Made by a program: the position numbers and the translations under genes. DNA of 64,000 nt, from assembly GCA_013822425.1 (NCBI GenBank), contig PNKL01000006.1, forward strand, positions 21,675 to 85,674. The letters run 5' to 3'. The notes beneath the pieces are model-generated. The model worked only from the letters and a program-made list of their open reading frames with translations, did no database searches and had not been told where the DNA came from. The DNA comes from Gemmatimonas sp. (lineage in GTDB: Bacteria; Gemmatimonadota; Gemmatimonadetes; Gemmatimonadales; Gemmatimonadaceae). Positions 1 to 8,381 of the stretch are shown piece by piece; the stretch's first letter is position 1, and each line of letters opens with the position of its first letter.

Positions 1-1167
1 TTGCATCGAGTCCAGGTAGGAAGAAGCCAATCGTGCCGGATCAATCGCCAGCCGCACCGCGGCTTCGGCCGCGCCCTGCCAGAGCCCCAGTTCGTAGTAT
101 TCGACAAGCGCGAGCGGATCCGCGTAGACGCCGGATCGATCGAGCAACGCATCCTTGAGCTCGGAGGAAAGGCCGACGGAGTCGAGGATATCGGACATTG
201 GAATCCGAAACACCGCGTCCATGAGCGAGAACAGTCCCAACAGGAACAGCGAGCCCTTGTCCAGCCTATTGGCCGGGGAAGCCATCGACTCGCAGAAACG
301 CGCCCGATGGACAGACCGCCCTATCAGTTCATTGGTTGGACCGCATGCCCCCGTGCGCGACGCCGCCGCGGCGAGGCCGAGCCAGCGCACGAGGTGTGTG
401 CGACCGACAAGGCGAAGCGCATGCGCAATGGACGTGATGCCAGGGCTGCCGAGGGCGGCCGAATTGACAATCCGGAGCAGTTGGTAGGTGATGCCCGGAT
501 CGGAGGAGATCGTAGCCTCCAGTTCTTGCTCCGGAGAATTCGGGTCGCGCGCCAGCGCAAGCAATCGAAGCGCCGTCATTGTCGACGCGGGGAGGGCGGT
601 GGCCGGCAGCGGTTCCGGGCGACTGAAATACGGTCCCTGAAACGTGTCGAATCCGGCGGTGAGGCAGCCCCGATACATCGCGGCGTCGAGGACGTAGTCG
701 GCCGCCACTTTCTTGCCCATCGCCTTGAGCGTCTTCAGCATCGGCGTCAGCGCGGGGATCGTCTGGCAACGAAGGTCAAGGCGGACCATGGACGCCGGCT
801 TGAGCAGCCGGTAGAGAGCTGCCTCGCTCTCCTCCGGAAGCGCGAAGTTGTCGAGGGCGACGCGAATGCCCTGCGCGGCGGTCTTCGTCACGGCCGCGAT
901 CACCTCGTCATCGATCGCGATATCCGCCGGCACGAGCACCGTCAGCACCGGGGCGTGCGTTGCCGTGAAGACCTCGTCAATGAGCTGCTCCCGCGTCGCC
1001 GGCACCCATGCGGTCAGGCCGGAGCGCAACAGCTCGAATGAGCCATTCAGGTAGCTGGCGACGAATGGATCGCTTCCGTCATCCGACGGCCGAAGGCGCA
1101 GCTCGTACGCCACGGCTCTGTCCGCGCGATCGAACACCGGCTGGCGCGTGACGCAGATGTCAGACAT
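1..1167 (-). CDS. EAL + HDOD domain protein (YuxH/COG3434 type) with degenerate EAL motifs; the 3' end runs off the left edge
   Basis: Not in the ORF track because there is no stop inside the window. The reverse-strand ATG at 1167 is in frame down to position 1 (389 codons). Translation: MSDICVTRQPVFDRADRAVAYELRLRP...ALDNFA...FQGPYFSRPE, followed by an HDOD-like stretch SSDPGITYQLLRIVNSAALG...HALRLVGRTHLVRWL. Paralogous to the gene at 50306..51577. Confidence 0.75.
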   Translation of the reverse strand, partial: MSDICVTRQPVFDRADRAVAYELRLRPSDDGSDPFVASYLNGSFELLRSGLTAWVPATREQLIDEVFTATHAPVLTVLVPADIAIDDEVIAAVTKTAAQGIRVALDNFALPEESEAALYRLLKPASMVRLDLRCQTIPALTPMLKTLKAMGKKVAADYVLDAAMYRGCLTAGFDTFQGPYFSRPEPLPATALPASTMTALRLLALARDPNSPEQELEATISSDPGITYQLLRIVNSAALGSPGITSIAHALRLVGRTHLVRWLGLAAAASRTGACGPTNELIGRSVHRARFCESMASPANRLDKGSLFLLGLFSLMDAVFRIPMSDILDSVGLSSELKDALLDRSGVYADPLALVEYYELGLWQGAAEAAVRLAIDPARLASSYLDSMQ

Positions 1168-1245
1168 GGCCGAATCGCCTTGGCGTGATGATCAAGAGCA
1201 TCGGCGGCACCCGCTGCGCCTGGTGCGCAATCTGCCCGCGTCTCC

Positions 1246-1944
1246 TCATGGCGTGGCCGTTGCGCTCAACGTCACCGGTGAAAGCGTGGATACCGTGACA
1301 ATCGCGCTGTTCGCCCCCGGCAGCAGTCCAACCGTCCACTTGACCGTCGCTTCGCCGAGCGAATTCGTGACGATGCTCTGCGGCGAGAACGCGCCACCAC
1401 CCGCCGTCACCTGAAAGGCCACGGGCACGCCGACCATCGCGACATTGCCGGCCGCCAGCACGCGAACGACGATGGCGTTCTGGAGCGCCAGCCCGACTTT
1501 CGCGGTCTGGTTGTTCCCCTGTGCAATGATGATCTCGGACGGTACGAGTCCGGTCGCGCGGATGGTCACGGGCTCAACGCCCGGCGCCGACGCGATCAGC
1601 GTCTGGTTGACCGCCCGCGGACCCAGCGTCCACTTGGCCTTCACTTCCCCTCGCGCATCGGTGGTGGCCGACGCCGGCGTGACGATGCCCCCACCTTCGC
1701 CGATGGCGAGCGTCACGGAGATGTCGGGCATGCCGAGCCCGCTCTTGTCAGTCACCCGGAGCACGATCGGCGTGGGAAGGTCCAGGCCGGCCTGCCCGGC
1801 TTGGGTGTTGCCTTGCACGATGGTGAGCGCGTCGGGCACCACGGGCGCCACGGGCAGCTCCTTCTTGCAGCCCGACAGGGCGAGCGTCGCGCTCGTGATG
1901 AGCATCACGCGGTGAACGAAGCGAAGCGCGGGCAGGGAATCCAT
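1246..1944 (-). CDS. Lipoprotein with two bacterial Ig-like (Big/invasin-type) repeats
   Basis: Signal peptide with lipobox LALSGC. Two internal ~90-aa repeats (IVQGNTQAGQAG... and IAQGNNQTAKVG...) have alternating beta-strand patterns. Confidence 0.7.
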   Translation of the reverse strand: MDSLPALRFVHRVMLITSATLALSGCKKELPVAPVVPDALTIVQGNTQAGQAGLDLPTPIVLRVTDKSGLGMPDISVTLAIGEGGGIVTPASATTDARGEVKAKWTLGPRAVNQTLIASAPGVEPVTIRATGLVPSEIIIAQGNNQTAKVGLALQNAIVVRVLAAGNVAMVGVPVAFQVTAGGGAFSPQSIVTNSLGEATVKWTVGLLPGANSAIVTVSTLSPVTLSATATP

Positions 1945-2000
1945 CGGAAAGTCTCGCCTCGTGCGGTACAGTCGTGAGCGCGCCGTCGCCGTGGAAGGCG

Positions 2001-2198
2001 CTAGATGCGGCCGAGCACTGCGGCTTCAGCGCCCTCGACAGCGGAGAGTTCCTCCGGGGTCATGGACGAGGGCTCGTCATCGCGAAGCAGCGAACCGACG
2101 GGCGTCGTCCGTCGACGCAACGCCCCGAGTTCACTCATGACCAGCCGCAGCACGGCCTCGGAGTTGTACAGCGCGTCCGCAGCACGTTGTCCGGACAT
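2001..2198 (-). CDS. Small hypothetical protein (65 aa) downstream of the cheY-like gene
   Basis: Internal ATG of the track ORF 2001..2243, chosen so it does not overlap the cheY-like stop. Third-position GC is high. No recognisable motif. Confidence 0.35.
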   Translation of the reverse strand: MSGQRAADALYNSEAVLRLVMSELGALRRRTTPVGSLLRDDEPSSMTPEELSAVEGAEAAVLGRI

Positions 2199-2202
2199 GG
2201 CA

Positions 2203-2592
2203 TCAACTCGCAACGGAAGGCGCGGGTGACAGCAACGCGTCAATCTTTTCCTTGAGAACGGCCGGCGTGAACGGTTTGACGATGTAGTAGTTCACCTCCG
2301 ACTCCAACGCGGTGATGATGTCCTCGCGCACCGAACGCGCCGTGACCATCAGGATCGGAAGCGCCTTGCCGCCTGGACGTGAGCGAATGGCCTTGGCAAG
2401 GTCGATCCCTCCCATGTTCGGCATGTTCCAGTCGGTGATGATGAACCCGATGGCGCCATTGGAGGCATCGAACTTGTCGAGTGCCTCCTTGCCGTCGCCG
2501 GCCTCGACGACATCCGTCACCCCGATGCGCTGCAAGGAGTTGACGACGATCCGCCGCATGGTTGCGGAATCATCCACCACGAGGTACTTCAT
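2203..2592 (-). CDS. Single-domain CheY-like response regulator
   Basis: MKYLVVDDSATMRR...ITDWNMPNMGG...MVTA...IVKPF. The receiver signature residues (DD, D, T, K) are all present. Confidence 0.9.
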   Translation of the reverse strand: MKYLVVDDSATMRRIVVNSLQRIGVTDVVEAGDGKEALDKFDASNGAIGFIITDWNMPNMGGIDLAKAIRSRPGGKALPILMVTARSVREDIITALESEVNYYIVKPFTPAVLKEKIDALLSPAPSVAS

Positions 2593-2624
2593 CGCCGCTG
2601 CCTCCGTTGGGAATGTGCCGGGAA

Positions 2625-2921
2625 CTACAGATCACCGCTCAGCAGGATGCGCCTGGCGACCGCGTCGATGACGTTGGCCTGATCATACGCTCCCTGCAGA
2701 ATGCGCTGACGCACCTCGTCAATCCGTTCCGGCGTCAGCGCCGCGCTGCGCGCCAGGGCGCGACCCTCCTGCGACACCTCCACGCCATCGCTCCGTGGCA
2801 CGGCCACGGAAGCCGCGGGCACGGATGCCCTCGGTGCGGAATCGGCTCGTCCGGCCTGCACCGGCGCCTTGCCCTCTGGAACACCTCGTACTCCACCAGC
2901 GACATCACCATTGATAGTCAT
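2625..2921 (-). CDS. flgM: Anti-sigma-28 factor FlgM
   Basis: 98 aa. The C-terminal ERIDEVRQRILQGAYDQANVIDAVARRIL is typical of the FlgM sigma-28-binding region. SD GAAGGAGG lies 9 nt upstream of the ATG. Confidence 0.8.
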   Translation of the reverse strand: MTINGDVAGGVRGVPEGKAPVQAGRADSAPRASVPAASVAVPRSDGVEVSQEGRALARSAALTPERIDEVRQRILQGAYDQANVIDAVARRILLSGDL

Positions 2922-2943
2922 AGGGTAGCGCCTCCTTCATGAA

Positions 2944-2971
2944 GAATCGGTTGCCGTGCGCCGAAACTTGA
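2944..2971 (-). promoter_or_regulatory. Sigma28 (FliA)-type promoter upstream of flgM
   Basis: The reverse strand reads TCAAGTTT-N12-ACCGATTC, against the consensus TAAAGTTT-N11-GCCGATAA. It lies 23 nt upstream of the flgM ATG. Confidence 0.45.
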
Positions 2972-2978
2972 GGGAGTG

Positions 2979-3317
2979 CTATCGCCGCACATCAAGTGTC
3001 GTCCCAGAGGGGGTCTTGCCGGGCACGGGCGTCGCCTGTGCACGACCCATCGCCTCCGCAGCGACTGCGGCCTGAAGCGCGGCGGCAGCCTCATTGCGCA
3101 GGCCGGCAAGGTGGGCTCGCGTGGTCGAGGCCGAGGCCGCATGCCGCTCGACGTCCGCCACGGCTCTGGCGAGCAGGTCGTCCACGTTCAACGAACCGTC
3201 CACCGGCTCCGGCGAGACCGCCGGAAGGGCGACGACGGCATCCGGGGGCGGCACACCGTCGAACGAAGCGCGAAGGAGCGCGGCCCAGTAATGCTGCGGG
3301 GGCGTCCGGCGGTCCAT
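2979..3317 (-). CDS. Hypothetical protein, Ala-rich and helical, upstream of flgM
   Basis: Track ORF 2979..3383, trimmed to the internal ATG (MDRRTPPQHYW...) that follows the upstream ORF stop by 8 nt. No family motif recognised. Confidence 0.45.
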   Translation of the reverse strand: MDRRTPPQHYWAALLRASFDGVPPPDAVVALPAVSPEPVDGSLNVDDLLARAVADVERHAASASTTRAHLAGLRNEAAAALQAAVAAEAMGRAQATPVPGKTPSGTTLDVRR

Positions 3318-3325
3318 GGGCGAGG

Positions 3326-3703
3326 TCACGGGAGTAGCCGCAGCCACGGCCACCCGGGCCCGTCGTAGTCCGCCGCGACGCACTCAACGATGTCCAGGTG
3401 CGTGGCCTCGATAGCGACCCGGCTGCGAGCCACCTCCAAACGGTTGAGCAACTCGCGGGCGAAGTCCGACATCATCGGATGCATGACCGCCGATTCCGGC
3501 GCGCAATCCGTGTCCAGGTCCGGCGGCACGACGTCGAGGTAGTCCGACGCGCTCCTGCCGACCGTCACGTCAAGCCCTTCGCGCTCGAACGGCTCGCCGT
3601 CGCCAGGCAAACCGGCTTGGGCAGGGACGACGGGCAACGGCAACCGCCGCCGCGCCGTTTCGCGCGGCACGAGGGCTACCGGGGGAGGATGCAGGTTCTT
3701 CAC
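3326..3703 (-). CDS. Hypothetical protein
   Basis: Track ORF 3326..3808, trimmed to GTG (VKNLHPPP...) so it stays clear of the flgL promoter region. High GC3 frame. The start is uncertain. Confidence 0.4.
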   Translation of the reverse strand: MKNLHPPPVALVPRETARRRLPLPVVPAQAGLPGDGEPFEREGLDVTVGRSASDYLDVVPPDLDTDCAPESAVMHPMMSDFARELLNRLEVARSRVAIEATHLDIVECVAADYDGPGWPWLRLLP

Positions 3704-3761
3704 GCCTTCTAGTGTCGGAACGACATGCCGGAGACTTGACGGGGGAAGTCGCCAACGGCTC

Positions 3762-3776
3762 TGGCACGGTTTCTGC
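3762..3776 (+). promoter_or_regulatory. Sigma54 -24/-12 promoter upstream of flgL
   Basis: TGGCACGGTTTCTGC has GG and GC at the consensus spacing (TGGCACG-N4-TTGC). It lies 47 nt upstream of the flgL ATG. Confidence 0.55.
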
Positions 3777-3822
3777 GACCATTCGGCCCGCAGGTGCTGG
3801 CGACCCATGCCGAGGGGATCAA

Positions 3823-4728
3823 ATGCGCATCACGAACAACCGGGCCACCCAGAACGCCATTGCCTCGATTGCGGCCGCCCGCGAACGCATGGACATCGCC
3901 CAGGCGAAGCTGACGTCGGGGCGGAAGGTCCAGTCGGCCTCGGAGGACCCTGCGGCGTCGACCAGCGTGATGCAGAATGACGCCCAACTCCGCGCCATCG
4001 ACCAGTATCAACGGAACGTCGGCGCGGCGAGCCAGCGCCTCGGGCTCGAAGAGGGCGCGCTCGACCAGCTGACGGCGCTGCTGGTTCGTGCCCGTGAAAT
4101 CAGCGTCTCCGAAGCCACGGACACCGCATCACCGGCCAGTCGGCGGGCGGCCGGCGCCGAAGTCAATCAGCTGCTTGCCCAGGCAGTCCAGTTGGCGAAC
4201 ACCAAGCGGGGTGATGAGTACCTCTTCGGGGGCACCACCTCGTTGACCGCGCCATACGCCGTCGGCGCCGGAGCGGCCGCATACACCTTCTCCGTGGCGA
4301 ATCCGGCGCCCACTGGGCCGCGTCAGATCGAAATCGGGGCTGGCACGCTGATCACGTCGAACCATGACGGCACGCAGGTCTTCGGCACGGCCGCCGGTGG
4401 CCCGCTCAAGGCACTCCAGGATCTTGCCGCGGCCCTGCAGACCGGGACAACCGCTGCGGTATCGAACCTCATGCCGACGTTCGTGACCGAGATCGCAAAT
4501 GTCCAGACGCTACTCGGGGAAACTGGGGCGCGTGCCAGCCAGCTTCAGATCACCGAGTCGAACCTCACGGCGCTCAAGAACCAGATCGTCGCGTTCAACT
4601 CTGATCTTCAGGATGTGGACATGGAAGCCGTCATTACCGAACTCGCGGGACGTCAGACGGCGTATCAGGCCGCGATGGCCGCAACGGCCCGGATGTCGTC
4701 GCTCTCGCTCGCGGACTACCTCCGATGA
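3823..4728 (+). CDS. flgL: Flagellar hook-associated protein 3 (hook-filament junction) FlgL
   Basis: MRITNNRATQNAIASI...LTSGRKVQSASEDPAAS is a flagellin-type N-terminus, with a C-terminal flagellin-like helix. ATG preceded by GAGGGG. The track ORF starts upstream at 3712. Confidence 0.85.
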   Translation: MRITNNRATQNAIASIAAARERMDIAQAKLTSGRKVQSASEDPAASTSVMQNDAQLRAIDQYQRNVGAASQRLGLEEGALDQLTALLVRAREISVSEATDTASPASRRAAGAEVNQLLAQAVQLANTKRGDEYLFGGTTSLTAPYAVGAGAAAYTFSVANPAPTGPRQIEIGAGTLITSNHDGTQVFGTAAGGPLKALQDLAAALQTGTTAAVSNLMPTFVTEIANVQTLLGETGARASQLQITESNLTALKNQIVAFNSDLQDVDMEAVITELAGRQTAYQAAMAATARMSSLSLADYLR

Positions 4729-5225
4729 CCGCGACGGCTGACCCGGCCGGCCTCCCGGCGGCCCTCTCCACGCCCCGGGGCGTGACCGTGACCAGTGACC
4801 TGCTTGGCACGCTGCATGTCACCGAAGACCAGGTAATCGTGTTCGAGGCCGGCATCGCCGGGTTCAGGCAGTGCACGCGGTGGATACTCATCGACGGTGA
4901 GCGGCAGGGGACAGCTTGGCTGCAATCAGTCGACCAGGGCTCCCTGGCGTTCCTGCTCGTCGACCCGTTCTCGTTCTTCGACGGCTATTCGGTGGATCTC
5001 TCGCCGCACGACGCCCGGCGGGTGCAGGCGGAGAACGCCGCGCAGCTCGCCGTGTTTGCCATCGTGACCATTCCTGCGAGGCGCACGGACGTCCCCACGG
5101 CCAACTTGCAGGGGCCGATCGTGATCAACGTGGCCCGGCGCCGCGCCGCCCAGATTGTGCTCAGCGACGGTCCGTGGGGTGTCCGCCAACCCTTCCAACT
5201 GCTCCCGCTCGAGACCGCCGACTGA
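4725..5225 (+). CDS. fliW: Flagellar assembly factor FliW (CsrA antagonist)
   Basis: ...VIVFEAGIAGF...LAFLLVDPFSFFDGY...PTANLQGPIVIN... aligns by eye with Bacillus FliW motifs (FP.GIPGF, LAF..V.PF.FF.DY, TANLQAPI.IN). Confidence 0.85.
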   Translation: MTATADPAGLPAALSTPRGVTVTSDLLGTLHVTEDQVIVFEAGIAGFRQCTRWILIDGERQGTAWLQSVDQGSLAFLLVDPFSFFDGYSVDLSPHDARRVQAENAAQLAVFAIVTIPARRTDVPTANLQGPIVINVARRRAAQIVLSDGPWGVRQPFQLLPLETAD

Positions 5226-5294
5226 GCAACCCAGCCCCCGTAAGGCCCTCATACCGGGAAGAACCTGCCGGGTATCCGGCGAAACATACCCCCG

Positions 5295-8200
5295 GTGCCG
5301 CGCTGCCAGGAGTGCGCCATTCTAATGAAAGTCAAGCAGAAGAAGCCCGAGACCGCGCGCGCCAGCGTGCCGGTGGTCAACGCCATTCCGGGCAAGGAGC
5401 GGTTCGACGCGGCCGTCCGCCTGCATCTTGCAGGCAATCACGACGCGGCGCTTGCGGCGTACGATGACGTGATTGCGCGGTGGCCCGCGTACGCGGAGGC
5501 GCACCACAACGCCGGCACGATTCGCGCGCAGCGTGGCGAGTTCGATCACGCGATCGCCCACCTGCGCCATGCGATTTCCCAGCGCGCCACCTACGCCGAG
5601 GCGCACCACAGCCTTGGCCTCACGCTGCACCTCGCCGGTTCGCTTCGCGAGGCGATCCCGTCGTTCCGCCGTGCGGTGGAACTCAACCCGGCGTCGCTCG
5701 ACTGGTGGACCGACCTGGCGATGGCGCTCACCGCGGAGGGTTTCGTTGCTGAGGGGCTGGCCGCGAACGACCGAGCGCTGGCGCTCGCCCCTGACAGTGC
5801 GCAGGCCCGGGCAAACCGTGCCGTTCCGCTCCGGGGACTCCAGCGGCTGCAGGAGGCGATCGAGGCATGCCGCGCATCCCTCGCCCTACGGCCCGATCAT
5901 GTGGCGACCCTGGTCAACCTCGGCATGATCCAGCGCGAGGCCGGCGATTTTGAGGGGGCCCGGCAGAGCCTTGACCGCGTACTGACGCTGGAACCCGGCC
6001 ACCACAAGGCCCGTGCGAACATCGTGGCGCTGCTGCTCCAGACCAACTGCCATGCGGAAGCCCGCGACATGGCGGATGCGCTCCTCGCGGAGTTTCCCGA
6101 ATCGACGGACGCCTGGTCGCTGCTCGGCGTCTGCGCCCAGGAGGCGGGGGAGTACGCCATTGCAGAGCAATGCCAGCGCGAGGCACTGGCCCGGTCGCCC
6201 GACGACGCCGTGGTGCAGTGGAACATCGCCCAGCTCACCCTGCTTCGTGGCGACTTCGAGGAGGGCTTCCGGCAGTTTGAGTCGCGCAAAAAGCTGGACA
6301 TCTTCATGCGCTACAACCACGACGCACCCGAGTGGGACGGTGCACCGCTCGACGGGCGCACGCTGCTGGTGCACACGGAGCAGGGGTTCGGCGATTCGAT
6401 CCAGTTTGTGCGCTACCTGCCGCTGCTCAAGGCGTATGGTGCTGGGCGCGTGATCCTGGACGAGTGTCCGCCCGAACTGGCCGCGCTGCTCCGATCGGCG
6501 CCCGGGGTCGACGAGCTGGTCGTACGTGGCGACCCGCCGCCGCCCTTCGACCTGCACACCTATCTCCTGAGTCTCCCGGGCCTGCTCGGCACGACGCTCG
6601 ACACCGTGCCGTGCGAGGTGCCCTATCTGGCCGCGCCTGATCGCCCGATCGCGGCGGCGATCCGCCAGCATGGCCATGGCCTGCGCGTCGGGCTGGTGTG
6701 GGGCGGCAATCCGGCACAGCATCGCGACCGGATGCGCTCCGTGGGTCTGGCGCCGCTGGCGCCGATCCTCGGCACACCGGGGGTAACGTTCTTCTCGCTG
6801 CAGAAGGGGGGGGCAGCGGAGCAGCTCGAGCGTGCCGGCGATTGCGGGATCGTCAACCTGGACCGCGCGCTCGGTGACTTCGCCGACACCGCCGCCGCCG
6901 TCGCCGCGCTGGACCTGGTGATCACGGTGGACACGTCCGTGGCCCACCTTGCCGGGGCGTTGGGACGGCCGGTGTGGGTGCTCCTGCCGCATGTCGCATG
7001 CTGGCGATACCTGCTGAATCGTGAGGACTCGGTCTGGTATCCCACGATGCGGATCTTCCGTCAGAATGCGCCGAACGCGTGGGGACCCCCCATTGAAGCC
7101 GCCGCCGGTGCGCTCGTCAGCGCGGTGCTCGACCGGACGATGCTCGCCACGCGCCTGAGGTCGCGAAACGACGCGGTGCCGCCGGCGCCGCGGAGCCGGT
7201 CCCCGCAGGCCGACCAGGCGCGCGTGCGCCCACATGACGTGAGGCGACGTCCCATCGAGATCGACTGGCCCATCGGACTCACGTCTGGCTGGGGGACGTA
7301 CGGCCTGCATCTCGCGCTGGCGCTGCGGCAGTCGGAACGTGCGTTTCCGGTGTTGGCGGCAGCGCCCACGCTGCAGGGTGCGAGTCCACTCGTCGAGCGC
7401 GCGGTGCAGGCGATGGTGCGCGCCCTGCCCGCCGAAGACGCCACCGACGCCATTCACCTCACGGCACTGGGCAACCATGTTCTTGGCGCGACCCCGGACG
7501 AGCAACCACGCCGCGGCCGCCGCGTCGGCGTGATCTTCTTCGAGGACACGTCATTCGACGAGTCGGCGCAGGCGCGCGCGCGCGCGTACGAAGTGCTGAT
7601 TGCCGGCTCGTCGTGGAACGCCGAGATGCTCAAGGATGCCGGGATTCGCAACGTACGGCTCGTCCTGCAGGGGATCGACCCGTCAATTTTCCATCCCGCG
7701 CCGCGCACGGGCATCTTCGGCGACCGCTTTCTGGTCTTCTCGGGCGGAAAGCTCGAGTTCCGCAAGGGGCAGGACATCGTGGTGGAGGCGTTTCGCCGCT
7801 TCCACGCCACGCACCCGGACGCGATGCTGGTGACCGCGTGGCACAATCACTGGCCCGAGACAATGGCTGGCATCGATGCGATGGGGTACGTGCGCGGCTT
7901 TCCGGCGGTGCGCGGCGGCCGCTGCGAGATCACGCCCTGGCTGGTGGCCAACGGCGTGGCGAAGGACGCCGTGCTTGACCTCGGGCTGCAGCCGCATGCC
8001 GTGCTGGCCCAGGTGCTGCGGGAGATGGACGTGGCCGTGTTCACGAACCGGAGCGAAGGGGGCACGAACCTCGTGGCGATGGAAGCGATGGCGTGCGGCG
8101 TGCCCACCATCCTGTCGGCAAACACGGGGCACCTGAACCTGATCGGCCGCGACACATGCTTCACGCTTGAGCGGCAGCCGCCGGTGTCGGTGACGACGCC

Positions 8201-8381
8201 GGCATTCCGCGGGACGGTGCTATGGGGCGAGTCCGACCCCGAGGAAGTGGTGGCGCAACTCGAGCGTGCGTACGACGACCGTGCGGAGGCCGCCCGGCGC
8301 GGCGCCGAGGGCGCCAGGCTCCTTGCGCAGCTCCCGTGGGCGGCCCAGGCCGCCGAACTTCTGCGGCAGCTCGATGTCTGA
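5295..8381 (+). CDS. Three-module protein: N-terminal TPR repeats + GT9 (heptosyltransferase)-like domain + C-terminal GT4/GT1-type glycosyltransferase
   Basis: TPR repeats at aa ~40-330 (repeated A..Y...I...P.YAEAH.NLG pattern). GT9-like at aa ~350-650 (HTEQGFGDSIQFVRYLPLL, DLVITVDTSVAHLAGALGRPVWVLLP). GT4 at aa ~690-1028 (GGKLEFRKGQD, NRSEGGTNLVAMEAMACGVPTI). The start may instead be the ATG at 5325 (MKVKQKKPE). Confidence 0.85.
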   Translation: MPRCQECAILMKVKQKKPETARASVPVVNAIPGKERFDAAVRLHLAGNHDAALAAYDDVIARWPAYAEAHHNAGTIRAQRGEFDHAIAHLRHAISQRATYAEAHHSLGLTLHLAGSLREAIPSFRRAVELNPASLDWWTDLAMALTAEGFVAEGLAANDRALALAPDSAQARANRAVPLRGLQRLQEAIEACRASLALRPDHVATLVNLGMIQREAGDFEGARQSLDRVLTLEPGHHKARANIVALLLQTNCHAEARDMADALLAEFPESTDAWSLLGVCAQEAGEYAIAEQCQREALARSPDDAVVQWNIAQLTLLRGDFEEGFRQFESRKKLDIFMRYNHDAPEWDGAPLDGRTLLVHTEQGFGDSIQFVRYLPLLKAYGAGRVILDECPPELAALLRSAPGVDELVVRGDPPPPFDLHTYLLSLPGLLGTTLDTVPCEVPYLAAPDRPIAAAIRQHGHGLRVGLVWGGNPAQHRDRMRSVGLAPLAPILGTPGVTFFSLQKGGAAEQLERAGDCGIVNLDRALGDFADTAAAVAALDLVITVDTSVAHLAGALGRPVWVLLPHVACWRYLLNREDSVWYPTMRIFRQNAPNAWGPPIEAAAGALVSAVLDRTMLATRLRSRNDAVPPAPRSRSPQADQARVRPHDVRRRPIEIDWPIGLTSGWGTYGLHLALALRQSERAFPVLAAAPTLQGASPLVERAVQAMVRALPAEDATDAIHLTALGNHVLGATPDEQPRRGRRVGVIFFEDTSFDESAQARARAYEVLIAGSSWNAEMLKDAGIRNVRLVLQGIDPSIFHPAPRTGIFGDRFLVFSGGKLEFRKGQDIVVEAFRRFHATHPDAMLVTAWHNHWPETMAGIDAMGYVRGFPAVRGGRCEITPWLVANGVAKDAVLDLGLQPHAVLAQVLREMDVAVFTNRSEGGTNLVAMEAMACGVPTILSANTGHLNLIGRDTCFTLERQPPVSVTTPAFRGTVLWGESDPEEVVAQLERAYDDRAEAARRGAEGARLLAQLPWAAQAAELLRQLDV

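Noticed and set aside
1-1041. 346-aa plus-strand ORF at the left edge (MHRVQVGRSQSCRINRQPH...)
   Set aside because: The translation is Arg/Gly/His-rich and low in complexity, with no motifs. The opposite strand encodes a clean EAL/HDOD protein in frame from 1167 to 1. This is a typical antisense ORF in GC-rich DNA.
3712-3739. Sigma28-like element (reverse strand TCAAGTCT-N12-TCCGACAC) upstream of the hypothetical ORF 3326..3703
   Set aside because: The -10 has CGAC instead of CGAT. It ends only 8 nt before the proposed GTG start, leaving no room for a leader. Either the promoter or the start assignment is wrong, so it is not reported as a feature.
5886-7505. 539-aa minus-strand ORF antisense to the TPR/GT gene
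   Set aside because: Arg/Gly/Pro-rich nonsense composition. The plus strand carries recognisable TPR, GT9 and GT4 motifs over the same interval.
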